A stretch of 64,000 nt of DNA from Methanomassiliicoccaceae archaeon (GCA_040776945.1 JAXGZN010000001.1:448001-512000); one strand, 5' to 3'. Counted from the first letter of the stretch, positions 16,541-27,228 are shown. Numbers and translations: made by a program. Notes: generated from the sequence alone by a model not told the origin.

Positions 16541-18685
16541 ATGGGCATGACCGATCGCAACGTTCCCGATAGGGACGTTAAAGGAGGGATGATGGGACCG
16601 GATGGCGTCCCGTCCCTCGATGACCCCCGGCTGTTCATCAACCGGGAGCTGAGCTGGTTGGACTTCAACCGCAGGGTACTGGAGGAGGCCGAAGACCCCG
16701 CCCAGCCGCTGCTGGAGCGGGTGAAGTTCCTGGCCATATGCGGAGGGAACATCGATGAGTTCTTCATGTCCCGCGTTCCTGGCCTGCTGAGGCAGGCGGC
16801 GAAGGGAGCGCTGGAGACACCTCCTGACGGCATGGGCCCAGCCGAACAGCTGAACGCCATCAGGTGCCGGCTCGATGTCCTCCTGGAGGAGCATGCGCGG
16901 GTCTGGAGGGACCAGCTCCTTCCCGGGCTCGCCGCCCGGGGGATCTTCGTCCACCGGATGCAGGAGCTTGATGTGGCACAGATAGGTTCGCTGCGCAGGT
17001 TCTTCGAGCGAGAGGTGTTCCCGATACTCACGCCTCTGGCCTTTGATCTTGGCCACCCTTTCCCGTTCATTTCCAGCGGAGCGATCAACATCGCGGCGGT
17101 CGTATGCGACGCCTCCGGCCATGAGATGTTCGCCCGGGTCAAGGTGCCGTCGGGAGATTTGTTCCCCCGACTGATACGTATCGACCAGGAGAACGGGGGG
17201 GACGGCGAGGCCCACTTCGTTCTGCTTGAGGACCTGGTCGCAGCGAATCTCGATCTAATGTTCACAGGAATGAACATAGTCTCCGCGCATCCCTTTCGCG
17301 TCACCCGTGACGCGGAGTTCGAGATCGAACTGGACGAGACCCATGATCTGCTGACGGCGATGGAGGAGGGGCTGGAGTCCAGGAGGGTGGGGGACCTTTC
17401 CCGTCTGGAGGTCTCCGCGGACATGCCCCGCCGCCTCGTAGAGATGTTGGCCGCCAAGATGGAGTTGGGGCCCCAGCTGATCTACAGCTCCTCGGTCCCT
17501 CTGGCTCTGGTCGATCTCTGGCAGCTCCACGGCCTGCGCCGCCCGGAACTGTCCGATGAGCCGTTCCTTCCATGCCTGCCCAGGGCGCTTTCGAACGAGA
17601 TGACCGTCCTGCGGAGCATTGCCGAGCGTGATGTCCTGCTGTACCACCCTTACGACAGCTTTCAACCGCTAATCACCTTCCTGGGGCAGGCCGCGGCCGA
17701 CCCCAAGGTCATGGCCATCAAGATCACGTTCTACCGCATCGACGAACGGTCGCCGCTCGTGGACGCGCTCATGGAAGCGCGCCGCAACGGAAAGGCCATC
17801 GCCGCGGTGGTGGAGCTCAAGGCCAAGTTCGACGAGACCAACAACATCAACTGGGCCAAGCAACTGGAGCATGCCGGCGTGCATGTCGTCTACGGCCCGG
17901 TGGACATCAAGATACATGCCAAGATGTGCCTCATCGTGCGCAAGAGCAGGGACGGGCCCATCAGACTATGTCATCTCTCCTCCGGGAACTATAATGCGAA
18001 GACGGCCCGCACCTATGGGGATATCGGCTACTTCACCTCCGATCCCGACATCGCGGCCGATGTCTCCGACCTGTTCAACTCCCTGACCGGATATTGCAGG
18101 AAGGAGGCTTTCCGCAAGCTTCTGGTGTCCCCGGCAGGCATACGAAGGGGGATCGTGGAGAGGATCGACCGGGAGATCGAGCGGCATAGGACGCACGGCG
18201 ACGGCCGCATCGCTTTCAAGCTGAACGCGCTCATAGACAAGGGCATCATCAAAGCGCTGTACCGAGCGTCCATGGCCGGGGTGAAGGTCGACCTGAACGT
18301 GAGAGGCCTATGCAGTTTGAGGCCTGGGGTGCCAGGAGTGAGTGAGAACGTCCGGGTGACGTCGATCGTCTCGAGGTTCCTGGAGCACTGCAGGATCTAT
18401 TACTTCCGGAACGGCGGGAAAGAGGAGGTGTTCTTGGGCTCATCGGACATGATGCCGCGTAACCTGGACCGCAGGGTCGAGGTGCTGTTCCCGGTGAGGG
18501 ACCACCGCATCCGCAAGGCGGTGGTGGAAGACATCCTGGAGGTGCACCTGCGCGATAACGTGAAGGCGCGAGAGCTCATGGCCGACGGGTCCTGGAAGAG
18601 GGTGGTCCGCAAGGAGGGCGAAGAGGAGATGGACTCTCAGAGGTGGCTGTTGGCCCACCGGGGGATTTGGCATGGCGAGAGGTGA
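16541..18685 (+). CDS. ppk1: Polyphosphate kinase 1
   Basis: FINRELSWLDFNRRVL, VELKARF-like VELKAKFDE, KIHAKMCL, SRFLEH, SSDMMPRNLDRRVE. Confidence 0.96.
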   Translation: MGMTDRNVPDRDVKGGMMGPDGVPSLDDPRLFINRELSWLDFNRRVLEEAEDPAQPLLERVKFLAICGGNIDEFFMSRVPGLLRQAAKGALETPPDGMGPAEQLNAIRCRLDVLLEEHARVWRDQLLPGLAARGIFVHRMQELDVAQIGSLRRFFEREVFPILTPLAFDLGHPFPFISSGAINIAAVVCDASGHEMFARVKVPSGDLFPRLIRIDQENGGDGEAHFVLLEDLVAANLDLMFTGMNIVSAHPFRVTRDAEFEIELDETHDLLTAMEEGLESRRVGDLSRLEVSADMPRRLVEMLAAKMELGPQLIYSSSVPLALVDLWQLHGLRRPELSDEPFLPCLPRALSNEMTVLRSIAERDVLLYHPYDSFQPLITFLGQAAADPKVMAIKITFYRIDERSPLVDALMEARRNGKAIAAVVELKAKFDETNNINWAKQLEHAGVHVVYGPVDIKIHAKMCLIVRKSRDGPIRLCHLSSGNYNAKTARTYGDIGYFTSDPDIAADVSDLFNSLTGYCRKEAFRKLLVSPAGIRRGIVERIDREIERHRTHGDGRIAFKLNALIDKGIIKALYRASMAGVKVDLNVRGLCSLRPGVPGVSENVRVTSIVSRFLEHCRIYYFRNGGKEEVFLGSSDMMPRNLDRRVEVLFPVRDHRIRKAVVEDILEVHLRDNVKARELMADGSWKRVVRKEGEEEMDSQRWLLAHRGIWHGER

Positions 18686-20957
18686 GGACCCTGGTCTATG
18701 CCTCCTCGGCTCCATGGCCATCCTAAAGCAGGTTTCCGAGCTTCGGGCAAGCTCCAAGGCGGCCCAGCGGATGGAGGTCGAGGGCGTGCACCAGACAAGG
18801 GTAGCCTCTCGGAGACTGAGGGCCGCATTGCCCATCTTCAGCTCCTGCTTCAAGGAAAGCCAGCGGGACAGGTGGCGGAACAGCGTCAAGGACCTCACCA
18901 GGTCGCTGGGCGAGGCTCGGGACGCCGACGTCCAGATCGGTTTTCTGCGTGAGCTCATGTCGAGGGTCGGAGAGGCCGAGAGGACGGGAGTGAGGGCCCT
19001 TCTGGACCTAAAGGAAAGGGCGAGGGTGGACCTCCAAGAGCAGGTGGCGAGGTGGCTCGAGAGCGTCGAGGAGGAGGGCGTGCTGAAAGATATGGAGCGC
19101 CTTCTGGGCAAGCGGGTGCGCCGCCTCGAGGCCCGGAAAGCGGACGTTCGAGGGCGGCCAAGCTACGCTGCCGGGCTCGCCCATGTTTCCCGCCGAACGA
19201 ACAGGGTGTTGGAACTCGAGCCCTTCATAAACGACCCAGGTGCGATCGGGAAGCATCATGATCTGCGTATAGCCGTCAAGAGGCTCCGGTATACGCTGGA
19301 AGCGTTCCGCCCGCTGTTCGACGACCAGCTGAAGAAGGAGATCGGCGCCCTGAAGATGGTCCAAGATCTTCTGGGAGAGATGCATGATTGTGATGTCTGG
19401 TTAGACAGTTTGAGCACTTTGGAGGAGGAAATGCGCTCCCTCCCTGGCGTGGATATCGAGGCTGTCCTTCCAGGCCTTAGGGCGTTGGCCGACGACCGGG
19501 ACAGGGAACGAGGGGAGCTATACCGCCGGTTCACGGCCCAGTGGGCAAGTCTCCGCGGATCGAAGTTCTTTGAAAGCCTGGCCGGCCGCTTCCGGTCCGG
19601 AATGACGAGCGGGAACTACGCCATCCCCCCGGAAGATAGTGGCCAGCCGCCGAAGCTGGGCATCGTCTCCGACATACATGGCAACATGGGGGCGCTCGAG
19701 GCCGTAATGGAGGATGCCCGGTCCCGCGGCGTCAGTTGGTTCATAAGCCTTGGGGACATGGTCGGTTCCGGGCCGTATCCCGAGGAGGTCGTGAGGTCCG
19801 TCCGCGACGAGCGTTTCCTGAGCGTGGTCGGCAATTTTGACCTGAAGGTGCTGAAGTTCGCTCGTAGGCCCAAGCGTCCCGGGCCCCCTTCGGTCCAACG
19901 CTCGGTCCTGGCCGCGGCCGCACGGGACCTGTCCGAGGACAGTTTGAAGTTCATAGCCTCACTTCCTCCGGAGATCAGGCTGGAGGTAGGAGGGCACAGG
20001 CTTCTCCTGGTGCACGCCAGTCCTGATGGCCCGGACGAGCATCTGGACCCTGATACTCCAGAGGAGAGATTGGCCGAACTCTCGAGGATCTCTGACGCTG
20101 ACATCGTGATGGTAGGGCACTCGCACCGCTCGTTCGTCCGCACCGTCAACGGAACGATGTTCATCAACCCGGGTAGCGTAGGCCGCCCCGTGGACGGCGA
20201 CCCTAGGGCCTCGTATGCGATTTTGGATATCGCCAGCCTCTCCGCATCGCTGCATCGCGTGGACTATGATGTCGAGGCGGCGTTAAGAGCGCTGAGGGAA
20301 AAGGGGCTTCCTGAGGAGGTCGTAGAGGTCGTACAGAAAAGCCGGTCGGCAGGCGAAGTGGGCCTCAAGATGGCACCACCCCTCGACAGGAAGGCGGCAA
20401 TGGCGTGGATAGAGAGGGCTGCCAGGCAGATGAACGTCGATCACCGGCATGCCGAGACCGTGCTCCGGACAGCCACTGCGCTCTTCCGGCAGCTGACGGC
20501 CCTCCATGGCCTTGGCTGCAAGGACCTCTTCCTTTTAGAGGCCGCATGCTTGCTGCATGATGTCGGCATCTCCGAGGGCGTCAAGGGGCACCACCGCTCT
20601 TCTTACCGGTTGATCATGGAGGCCGACCTGCCCCTTCCTCCAAGGGACAGGAGCATGGTGGCGCTCATGGCCAGGTTCCATCGGAAGAGGCCTCCGGAGG
20701 ACAGTGATGAGCAGGTAGCGCTCATAAGCGGGAACGACCGCCGGCGGTTGTACTCACTGACCTCGATCCTCCGGATCGCCGACGGACTGGATCACCAGCA
20801 CGCCGGCTTGGTGAAGGACGTGGGCTGCAGCATATCCGATGATGAGGTGGTCATCAAGATATCGTCCGATGGTGATTGGTCGCCAGAGAGTGAGGCGGCC
20901 TTGAGGAAATCGGACCTGTTCGAGCGGACCTTTCGGAGGAGGGTGAGATTCGAGTGA
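18672..20957 (+). CDS. CHAD + calcineurin-like metallophosphoesterase + HD-domain fusion
   Basis: VHQTRVASRRLRA and HDLRIAVKRLRY (CHAD); SDIHGN, LGDMV, GNFD, GHSH, NPGSVG (phosphoesterase); LLHDVG, LRIADGLD (HD). Confidence 0.88.
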   Translation: MARGEDPGLCLLGSMAILKQVSELRASSKAAQRMEVEGVHQTRVASRRLRAALPIFSSCFKESQRDRWRNSVKDLTRSLGEARDADVQIGFLRELMSRVGEAERTGVRALLDLKERARVDLQEQVARWLESVEEEGVLKDMERLLGKRVRRLEARKADVRGRPSYAAGLAHVSRRTNRVLELEPFINDPGAIGKHHDLRIAVKRLRYTLEAFRPLFDDQLKKEIGALKMVQDLLGEMHDCDVWLDSLSTLEEEMRSLPGVDIEAVLPGLRALADDRDRERGELYRRFTAQWASLRGSKFFESLAGRFRSGMTSGNYAIPPEDSGQPPKLGIVSDIHGNMGALEAVMEDARSRGVSWFISLGDMVGSGPYPEEVVRSVRDERFLSVVGNFDLKVLKFARRPKRPGPPSVQRSVLAAAARDLSEDSLKFIASLPPEIRLEVGGHRLLLVHASPDGPDEHLDPDTPEERLAELSRISDADIVMVGHSHRSFVRTVNGTMFINPGSVGRPVDGDPRASYAILDIASLSASLHRVDYDVEAALRALREKGLPEEVVEVVQKSRSAGEVGLKMAPPLDRKAAMAWIERAARQMNVDHRHAETVLRTATALFRQLTALHGLGCKDLFLLEAACLLHDVGISEGVKGHHRSSYRLIMEADLPLPPRDRSMVALMARFHRKRPPEDSDEQVALISGNDRRRLYSLTSILRIADGLDHQHAGLVKDVGCSISDDEVVIKISSDGDWSPESEAALRKSDLFERTFRRRVRFE

Positions 20958-22555
20958 GCGATGGGGACCAAAGGACCGGCCACGTGGTGGCCTTCATCGA
21001 TCTGGGCACCAACTCCGTACGCTTGCTCGTGGTCAGGTTGAATCCCAATTTCTCATACACGATCATCAGCCAGGAGAAGGAGGTGGTGCGCCTGGGAGAG
21101 AACGCTTTCGTAGACCATAACCTGAGGCGGGAGGCCATGGACCGCGCGGTCCATGTGTGCCGCAGGTTCGCCGAGCTCTCTAGGACCTACGGCGCCGACG
21201 AGATCGTGGCCATCGCCACATCAGCAGCGAGAGAGGCGGCCAACCAGGACGTCCTTGTCGAGCGGCTCAAGGAGGAGGCGGGCCTGGAAGTGGGCATCAT
21301 CTCAGGAATAGAGGAGGCGAGGCTCATCTACCAGGGCGTGAGATCTGGGATAGACCTTGGAGCGCGCACCGCGCTGTTCGTGGACATCGGAGGAGGCAGT
21401 ACCGAGCTCATAGTGGGCGATCATGACATGCACTATTCCCTTGACAGCTTGAACCTGGGAGCGATCCGCACGACCGCCGCGTTCCTCCCTCTTGGATATA
21501 AAGGACCGGTCGAGGAACCTGTATACAACAAGATGAGGAAACATGCGCGTAGCGAGATGGTCCACACGATCAAAGCGATAGCCAAGGGCAAGAGGTACGA
21601 TCTTGTCATCGGTAGCTCAGGCACCATCATGAACCTGGCGGAAATGGCCTCCCGCTCTTACGGAGGGAGGTCTGGAACGCTCAAGCTCGCTCATTTGAAG
21701 AAGCTCACGGCCGCCCTCCGCCCGATGACCTTGGAGCAGCGCAGACAGGTCCCGGGCATCAATCCTGAGCGGGCGGACATCATCCTGGGGGGCGCTGCCA
21801 TCCTGGAGACCATCATGGAAGAGCTGAGGGTCGAGGAGCTGACGGTAAGCGACCGGGGAGCGCTAAGCGGACTGCTGGTCGATCACCTCTCAGGGATAAC
21901 TGGGTACCCGCATGCTGAGCGGTTGCCGGTCAGAGATACCAGCGTTCTGCAGCTGGGCCGTTCGTGCGGCATAGACGAGGGACATGCCCTCACCGTTTCC
22001 AGACTCGCCCTCGAACTGTACGACAGCGCCCAGGCCATAGGGCTCCATGCCCTCGATAGGAAGGACCGCGAGCTCCTGAGGCATGCCGCCTTCCTTCACG
22101 ACATCGGGGACTTCATCTCGTTCGACGAACACCACGCCCATTCCTATTACATCGTAAGGAACGCCGATCTTCTGGGGTTCGATGAGAGGGAGATCGCTAT
22201 CATGGCCGGCTTGGTCCGCTATCACCGCAAGAGGCCGCCGCGGCGCAGGGACCCGGAGATGTCGGAACTAGATGAGAAGAGCCGGCAGAAGGTGGTCATC
22301 ATGTCCGCCTTCCTCCGGCTCGCGGAGACGCTGGACCGCAGCCACGCCGATCTGGTATCCTCAGCCCAGTTCCGGCGAAAGGGGAAGAACGCTCTAGTTC
22401 TGGAGGTGACCTCCGATGCGGATGTTGCGCTGGAGGTCTGGGGATTGGAGAACAGCGCCAAGGCGTTCAAGCAGGCCGTCGGGCGCGAGCTGAGGATCAA
22501 GGTCAAGCGAACCCGCAACGATTATGGCTTGGGCGCTCCATCCTGGACATTGTGA
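20954..22555 (+). CDS. ppx: Exopolyphosphatase Ppx/GppA with HD domain
   Basis: IDLGTNSVRL, ATSAAREA, DIGGGSTE, LHDIG. Confidence 0.93.
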   Translation: MSDGDQRTGHVVAFIDLGTNSVRLLVVRLNPNFSYTIISQEKEVVRLGENAFVDHNLRREAMDRAVHVCRRFAELSRTYGADEIVAIATSAAREAANQDVLVERLKEEAGLEVGIISGIEEARLIYQGVRSGIDLGARTALFVDIGGGSTELIVGDHDMHYSLDSLNLGAIRTTAAFLPLGYKGPVEEPVYNKMRKHARSEMVHTIKAIAKGKRYDLVIGSSGTIMNLAEMASRSYGGRSGTLKLAHLKKLTAALRPMTLEQRRQVPGINPERADIILGGAAILETIMEELRVEELTVSDRGALSGLLVDHLSGITGYPHAERLPVRDTSVLQLGRSCGIDEGHALTVSRLALELYDSAQAIGLHALDRKDRELLRHAAFLHDIGDFISFDEHHAHSYYIVRNADLLGFDEREIAIMAGLVRYHRKRPPRRRDPEMSELDEKSRQKVVIMSAFLRLAETLDRSHADLVSSAQFRRKGKNALVLEVTSDADVALEVWGLENSAKAFKQAVGRELRIKVKRTRNDYGLGAPSWTL

Positions 22556-23007
22556 GCTCCCGGCTGCAGGAATACAGGGACAAGAGGGATTTCTCAAGGA
22601 CCCCGGAGCCGTCCGGCGGGACCGTGGACGCAGAGCCGTTCTTCGTGGTGCAGGACCATCATGCCTCGACCCATCATCATGACCTCCGGCTGCTGATGGA
22701 CGGGACATTGAAGAGCTGGGCGGTCCCCAAGCTCATGCCCGAGGAACTGAAAGTGAAGAGGCTAGCGGTGCAGACCGAGGATCATCCTGTGGAGTATGGG
22801 TCCTTCGAGGGGTCCATCCCTGAAGGGGAGTACGGGGCGGGGGACGTTAAGGTCTTCGACCGCGGGCCGTACGAGCTTCTGGAGAGAACGAACGACAAGA
22901 TCGTTTTCCGCCTGGACGGGAATAGGTTGAAGGGCACTTATGCCCTAATACGGTTCAAGGGCAAAGAGGCCAAGGAAAAGAATTGGCTGGTCATGCGCAC
23001 GCTTTGA
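22552..23007 (+). CDS. Stand-alone LigD 3'-phosphoesterase domain
   Basis: YRDKRDFSRTPEP, HHASTHHHDLRL, LKSWAVPK, LAVQTEDHP, GEYGAG. Confidence 0.92.
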   Translation: MSSRLQEYRDKRDFSRTPEPSGGTVDAEPFFVVQDHHASTHHHDLRLLMDGTLKSWAVPKLMPEELKVKRLAVQTEDHPVEYGSFEGSIPEGEYGAGDVKVFDRGPYELLERTNDKIVFRLDGNRLKGTYALIRFKGKEAKEKNWLVMRTL

Positions 23008-23040
23008 GAAAACCAAAGAAGGGGTTTGATGAGAAGGACC

Positions 23041-23256
23041 TCAGCCCTTCTTCATTATCTTCATCCAGCCGCCGCTCTCGAACACGCCGAGTCCGCGGGA
23101 CTTAAGGGTCTTCTCGAACTCGTCCCAGGGTATGATCTCCAGGCGGTCGTTGGAACCCTTGGTGAATTGGATCCCGTTCGTTCCCTTTACCCGGCCGGGC
23201 TTAAGACCCTTCTTCTTCGCTATTTCCTTGGCCTTATCTACGTTGATCTGCTCCAT
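23041..23256 (-). CDS. Small basic hypothetical protein
   Basis: 71-aa ORF with host-like codons and a GGAGG upstream. Confidence 0.65.
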   Translation of the reverse strand: MEQINVDKAKEIAKKKGLKPGRVKGTNGIQFTKGSNDRLEIIPWDEFEKTLKSRGLGVFESGGWMKIMKKG

Positions 23257-23517
23257 GACCAATGATTTCCCTCCAGTGCATCTAGGGACGATAGTAGCCA
23301 ATCGACCCAGACTGAGATTGCCCTTGTCCATATATAATATTTATCCTATAATCATGCATAGCCAGTAAGAAAAAAAGAGCAAAAACGGCATTTTTCAACG
23401 CTTTTTATGGTAGATTGGCATTTCAGACTGGCCATCTACTCTAAAAAATTGTAACTGATTATTTGGTCATCAATACATTTATTGATGAACGGCATTCTTC
23501 GGGGATGGTTGGAACCT

Positions 23518-24819
23518 ATGTCCTTGTTCGGTTCATCGGGGATCAGAGGAGTGGTGGGTCAGGACTTCACCGTCGATCTGGCAGTGAGCATCAGTGAGGC
23601 CGTCGGAAGCCTGCACAGCAGCATCGTCCTTGGCCGAGACACCAGGACCAGCGGCCAGATGGTGGCCCGAGCGCTCATCGCCGGAGCCACCTCAATGGGC
23701 GCGGATGTCCAAGACGCCGGCATGATCTCCACACCGACGCTGGCGAGGGCGGCGTCCGAGTTCGACTGTGGCCTTATGGTCACCGCATCGCATAATCCAT
23801 CACCGTACAATGGTGTCAAGATGTGGAACCCTGATGGCTCGGCGTTCGACACCGTGCAGATGAACGAGGTCGAGAACCGCATCGCCCACCGCGCCTACGA
23901 ACACAAGGGCTGGAGGCATGTCGGCACCTCCAAGAGATATGAGGGGGCGGTGCACCGGCATGTCCAGTCGATCGCAAGATCGATCGGGGAGGCCAGCGCC
24001 CGGGTCGTGCTGGATTGCGGCTGCGGGGCGACCTTCGAAGTGAGCCCCTTGACACTGCGGACCATCGGGTGCGGCGTCACCTCCTTGAACTGCCAGGCAG
24101 ACGGACATTTCCCTGGCCGCAACCCCGAGCCCACCGAGGACCAGCTCTACGACCTCAAGGAATTGGTGGTTATCAAGGGCGCGGACCTGGGGATCGCGCA
24201 CGACGGAGACGGGGACCGCATGGTGGCAGTGGACGACAAGGGCAGGTTCATCGATGGGGACCGTCTCATAGCGCTGTTCGCGACCTATCTTAAGATGAAG
24301 GGAGTGGTCGCCCCCATGGACGCCTCCATGGTCCTGGACGATATCGTGGGCCGGGTGATCAGATGCAAGGTCGGCGATGTGTACGTCGCCGAGGCGCTGA
24401 AGAGCAGCGGTCTGGAGTTCGGGGGCGAGCCTTCGGGCACTTACATCTTCCCGAACGAAACGTTCTGTCCCGACGGGGTCTATGCCGGCGCCCTGCTGGC
24501 GAAGATGGCCTCGGAGGATCGCCTTTCCGCGATGATCGACGGACTTCCTCGTTATCCTGTTCGCCGGGAATCGCATAAGTTCGAGGCCAGACGCCGCCGG
24601 GAAGTCGAGGAGCGGCTGAAGGCCGAGGCCCAGGGGCTGGATTGCGACCGCCTGCTGACCGTGGACGGCTTCCGGGCCGAATACTCAGACGGTTGGTTCC
24701 TGGTGAGGCTCTCAGGGACCGAGCCTAAGCTTCGGATCACCGTGGAGGCAAGGGACGAGGAGGGATTGGAGCGGCTAAAGGAAATATCCGCCCGCATGGT
24801 CGGGAGGTGCCTGAAATGA
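23518..24819 (+). CDS. glmM: Phosphoglucosamine mutase / phosphohexomutase
   Basis: LFGSSGIRG, TASHNP, DGDGDR, GGEPSG, RLSGTEP; upstream of glmU. Confidence 0.88.
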   Translation: MSLFGSSGIRGVVGQDFTVDLAVSISEAVGSLHSSIVLGRDTRTSGQMVARALIAGATSMGADVQDAGMISTPTLARAASEFDCGLMVTASHNPSPYNGVKMWNPDGSAFDTVQMNEVENRIAHRAYEHKGWRHVGTSKRYEGAVHRHVQSIARSIGEASARVVLDCGCGATFEVSPLTLRTIGCGVTSLNCQADGHFPGRNPEPTEDQLYDLKELVVIKGADLGIAHDGDGDRMVAVDDKGRFIDGDRLIALFATYLKMKGVVAPMDASMVLDDIVGRVIRCKVGDVYVAEALKSSGLEFGGEPSGTYIFPNETFCPDGVYAGALLAKMASEDRLSAMIDGLPRYPVRRESHKFEARRRREVEERLKAEAQGLDCDRLLTVDGFRAEYSDGWFLVRLSGTEPKLRITVEARDEEGLERLKEISARMVGRCLK

Positions 24820-26042
24820 AGGCATTGGTATTGGCCGCAGGGGAGGGCACCAGGCTGCGGCCCCTTACCTCCAACGTGCCCAAGCCCCTCCTGCTGGTGG
24901 CCGGAAGGCCGTTCATGTCCCACCTGCTGGAGGCGTTGGGCGATCTCGGGATCAAGGACATATTCATCCTGGTCGGGTGGAAGGCCAACAAGATCAAGGA
25001 ATATTACGGCGACGGGTCCCGCCTCGGCCTGAACATCAAGTACCTGGAACAGAGGGAGAGGATGGGCACCGCTCACGCCATAGGGTGCGCCGAGGGTTCC
25101 ATCGACGAGCCGTTCATGTGCCTGAACGGCGATGTGATCATGTTCCGCGATGACCTCCGGCGGATGCTGGAACGGCACAACGAGACCGGCTCCACGATCA
25201 TGGGCGCGGTTACCGTGCCAGACCCCAAACGGTTCGGGGTGCTCGAGATGCGTTCTGGCCGGCTGCAGAGGATCCATGAAAAGCCGGAGATGCCTCCTAC
25301 CGACCTCATCAACGCCGGGGCCTTCGTGTTCAACCCCAGTATCTTCGAACGCATAAGGGCGACCCCCAAGTCCGTTCGCGGGGAATATGAGATCACAGAT
25401 ACGCTCAACTCCTTGGCATCGGAGGAGGACGTGCACATCGAGACGCTCGTCGAAGGTTGGATGGACGTTGGAAGGCCATGGGACCTTTTGGATGCCAATG
25501 AGATCCTAATGTCGAAGATGAAGGGGAGGATCGAAGGCACGGTGGAGCCGGGCGCGGTCCTTAAGGGAGAGGTGGTCGTGGAGAGCGGCGCGGTGGTGAG
25601 GAGCGGAGCGTACATAGAGGGCCCTGCGTACATCTCCGAAGGCTGCGATGTTGGCCCGAACTGCTACATACGCCCATCTACCTGCCTGGGCCCCAATGTT
25701 AGAGTGGGCGCCGCGGTGGAGGTGAAGAACTCCATAATCATGGCCAGATCACATGTCCCCCACCATAACTACGTGGGAGACAGCATCATTGGCGAGCGCT
25801 GCAACCTAGGAGCGGGCACCAAGGTGGCCAATCTGCGCTTCGATGATCGCCCGGTCAGGGTGACATTCAAGGGCCACATGATCGACTCTGGACGTCGGAA
25901 GCTCGGCGTGATCATGGGCGATGATGTGAAGACCGGCATCAACTCCATGATCGACCCGGGAACCATCATCTTCGAGAGGACCTTCATAGGCCCTGGCGCG
26001 GTGGTCCGCGGGAACATCGGACCTGGGAGCAGGGTCCTCTAG
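24816..26042 (+). CDS. glmU: Bifunctional sugar-1-P nucleotidylyltransferase/acetyltransferase (archaeal GlmU)
   Basis: LAAGEGTRLRPLT, left-handed beta-helix repeats, GRRKLGVIMGD. Confidence 0.88.
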   Translation: MKALVLAAGEGTRLRPLTSNVPKPLLLVAGRPFMSHLLEALGDLGIKDIFILVGWKANKIKEYYGDGSRLGLNIKYLEQRERMGTAHAIGCAEGSIDEPFMCLNGDVIMFRDDLRRMLERHNETGSTIMGAVTVPDPKRFGVLEMRSGRLQRIHEKPEMPPTDLINAGAFVFNPSIFERIRATPKSVRGEYEITDTLNSLASEEDVHIETLVEGWMDVGRPWDLLDANEILMSKMKGRIEGTVEPGAVLKGEVVVESGAVVRSGAYIEGPAYISEGCDVGPNCYIRPSTCLGPNVRVGAAVEVKNSIIMARSHVPHHNYVGDSIIGERCNLGAGTKVANLRFDDRPVRVTFKGHMIDSGRRKLGVIMGDDVKTGINSMIDPGTIIFERTFIGPGAVVRGNIGPGSRVL

Positions 26043-26425
26043 AGGTCCACGACCTCCAGCTTCACCGGCCGCCCCTCGCGGTCATAGGCTTGCCAGCTCC
26101 GCCAGTCGTACGGCAGGCAGGTGATGATGTGCGTGCTGCCGAAGTTGCCGAACAGGTGAAGGTCCTCTGCCGACGGACGGTTGGACGGCCCGGGGTGCGA
26201 GTGCACCGTCCCGACCACGCTGAAGTCGATCGGCATCAAGTTCAGCTGCATGAACGCGGAGCGCTCGTTGGACCGGCTTCCGGGGAACAGGAGGATCTCT
26301 GTGATCACCCCGTTCTCGGCCCTCAATGCGGCCACGAACTCATTGGGCAGCGACTCCCTGGAGGCCTCGTTGATCATCTTCAGGACATCGGCCTCGATCC
26401 CCCATATCTTCCGGCGAGCGGTCAC
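26039..26425 (-). CDS. JAMM/MPN+ metalloprotease
   Basis: PNEF...GTVHSHPGPSNRPSAEDL; GTG start overlapping the upstream stop. Confidence 0.88.
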   Translation of the reverse strand: MTARRKIWGIEADVLKMINEASRESLPNEFVAALRAENGVITEILLFPGSRSNERSAFMQLNLMPIDFSVVGTVHSHPGPSNRPSAEDLHLFGNFGSTHIITCLPYDWRSWQAYDREGRPVKLEVVDL

Positions 26426-27228
26426 AGGGCGCACACCAGCTTCTCCCTGAGGCGGGGATAGAAGCTGCGCTCCATCCGGATGAAGCGACTCTTCCTCTCC
26501 GCCAGTTGGAACTCGCACATCTCGTCACCCTCCATCGGCATCTCTTGCTGGCCGTCGATAACGCACAGGCAAGGCTTCGGTCTCGCCAGCAGTAGATGGA
26601 CGTGCGATGTCGCCGGCACCACGAGAGGCCGGGTCCCGAACTTGAACGGAGCCATGGGGGCGATGAGGAACGCGTCCACTCTCGGGTCGATTATCGGCCC
26701 GCCGACGGACATGGCGTAGCAGGTCGAGCCGGTGGAAGTGGCGACGATGATGCCGTCCGCCCGAACGTCCATGGCCAGTTGGTCATCGACAAACACCTGG
26801 AAGTGGCGGATCTTCGCGATGTGGGCGGTATGCACCGCCGCCTCGTTGGTCGCGTCGAACAGCCGGCGGTCCCCCACCCTTGTCGCCAGCTTGACCCGGT
26901 CCTCGATGAAGTAGTTGCCATCGAGCAGGCTGCGTATGCCTTCCTTCAGGTCGTTCTCGGTGATCTCGGTCAGGAACCCCAGGGCCCCGGCGTTGACCCC
27001 GAATATTGGGGCCTCGGTGCGCTGCAGGGACCGTAGTATAGTTCCGTCCCCTCCGACCGTCACAAGCACGTCGATGTCCATTTCCTCGATGGGCATCCCC
27101 GGGCGGCCGAACAGGCCGGCCAGGCCGGACTCCAGTACTATGTCCTGGCCCTCCAGTTCGTTGAGCACCTGGCGGCTGACCCTGATCGCTTCGGGTATCT
27201 CTGAATTGGCGGTTATGCCGATCCTCAT
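26422..27228 (-). CDS. nadK: NAD(+) kinase
   Basis: GGDGTIL, GVNAGALGFL, NE, DGIIVATSTGSTCYAMSVGGP. Confidence 0.93.
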   Translation of the reverse strand: MRIGITANSEIPEAIRVSRQVLNELEGQDIVLESGLAGLFGRPGMPIEEMDIDVLVTVGGDGTILRSLQRTEAPIFGVNAGALGFLTEITENDLKEGIRSLLDGNYFIEDRVKLATRVGDRRLFDATNEAAVHTAHIAKIRHFQVFVDDQLAMDVRADGIIVATSTGSTCYAMSVGGPIIDPRVDAFLIAPMAPFKFGTRPLVVPATSHVHLLLARPKPCLCVIDGQQEMPMEGDEMCEFQLAERKSRFIRMERSFYPRLREKLVCAL

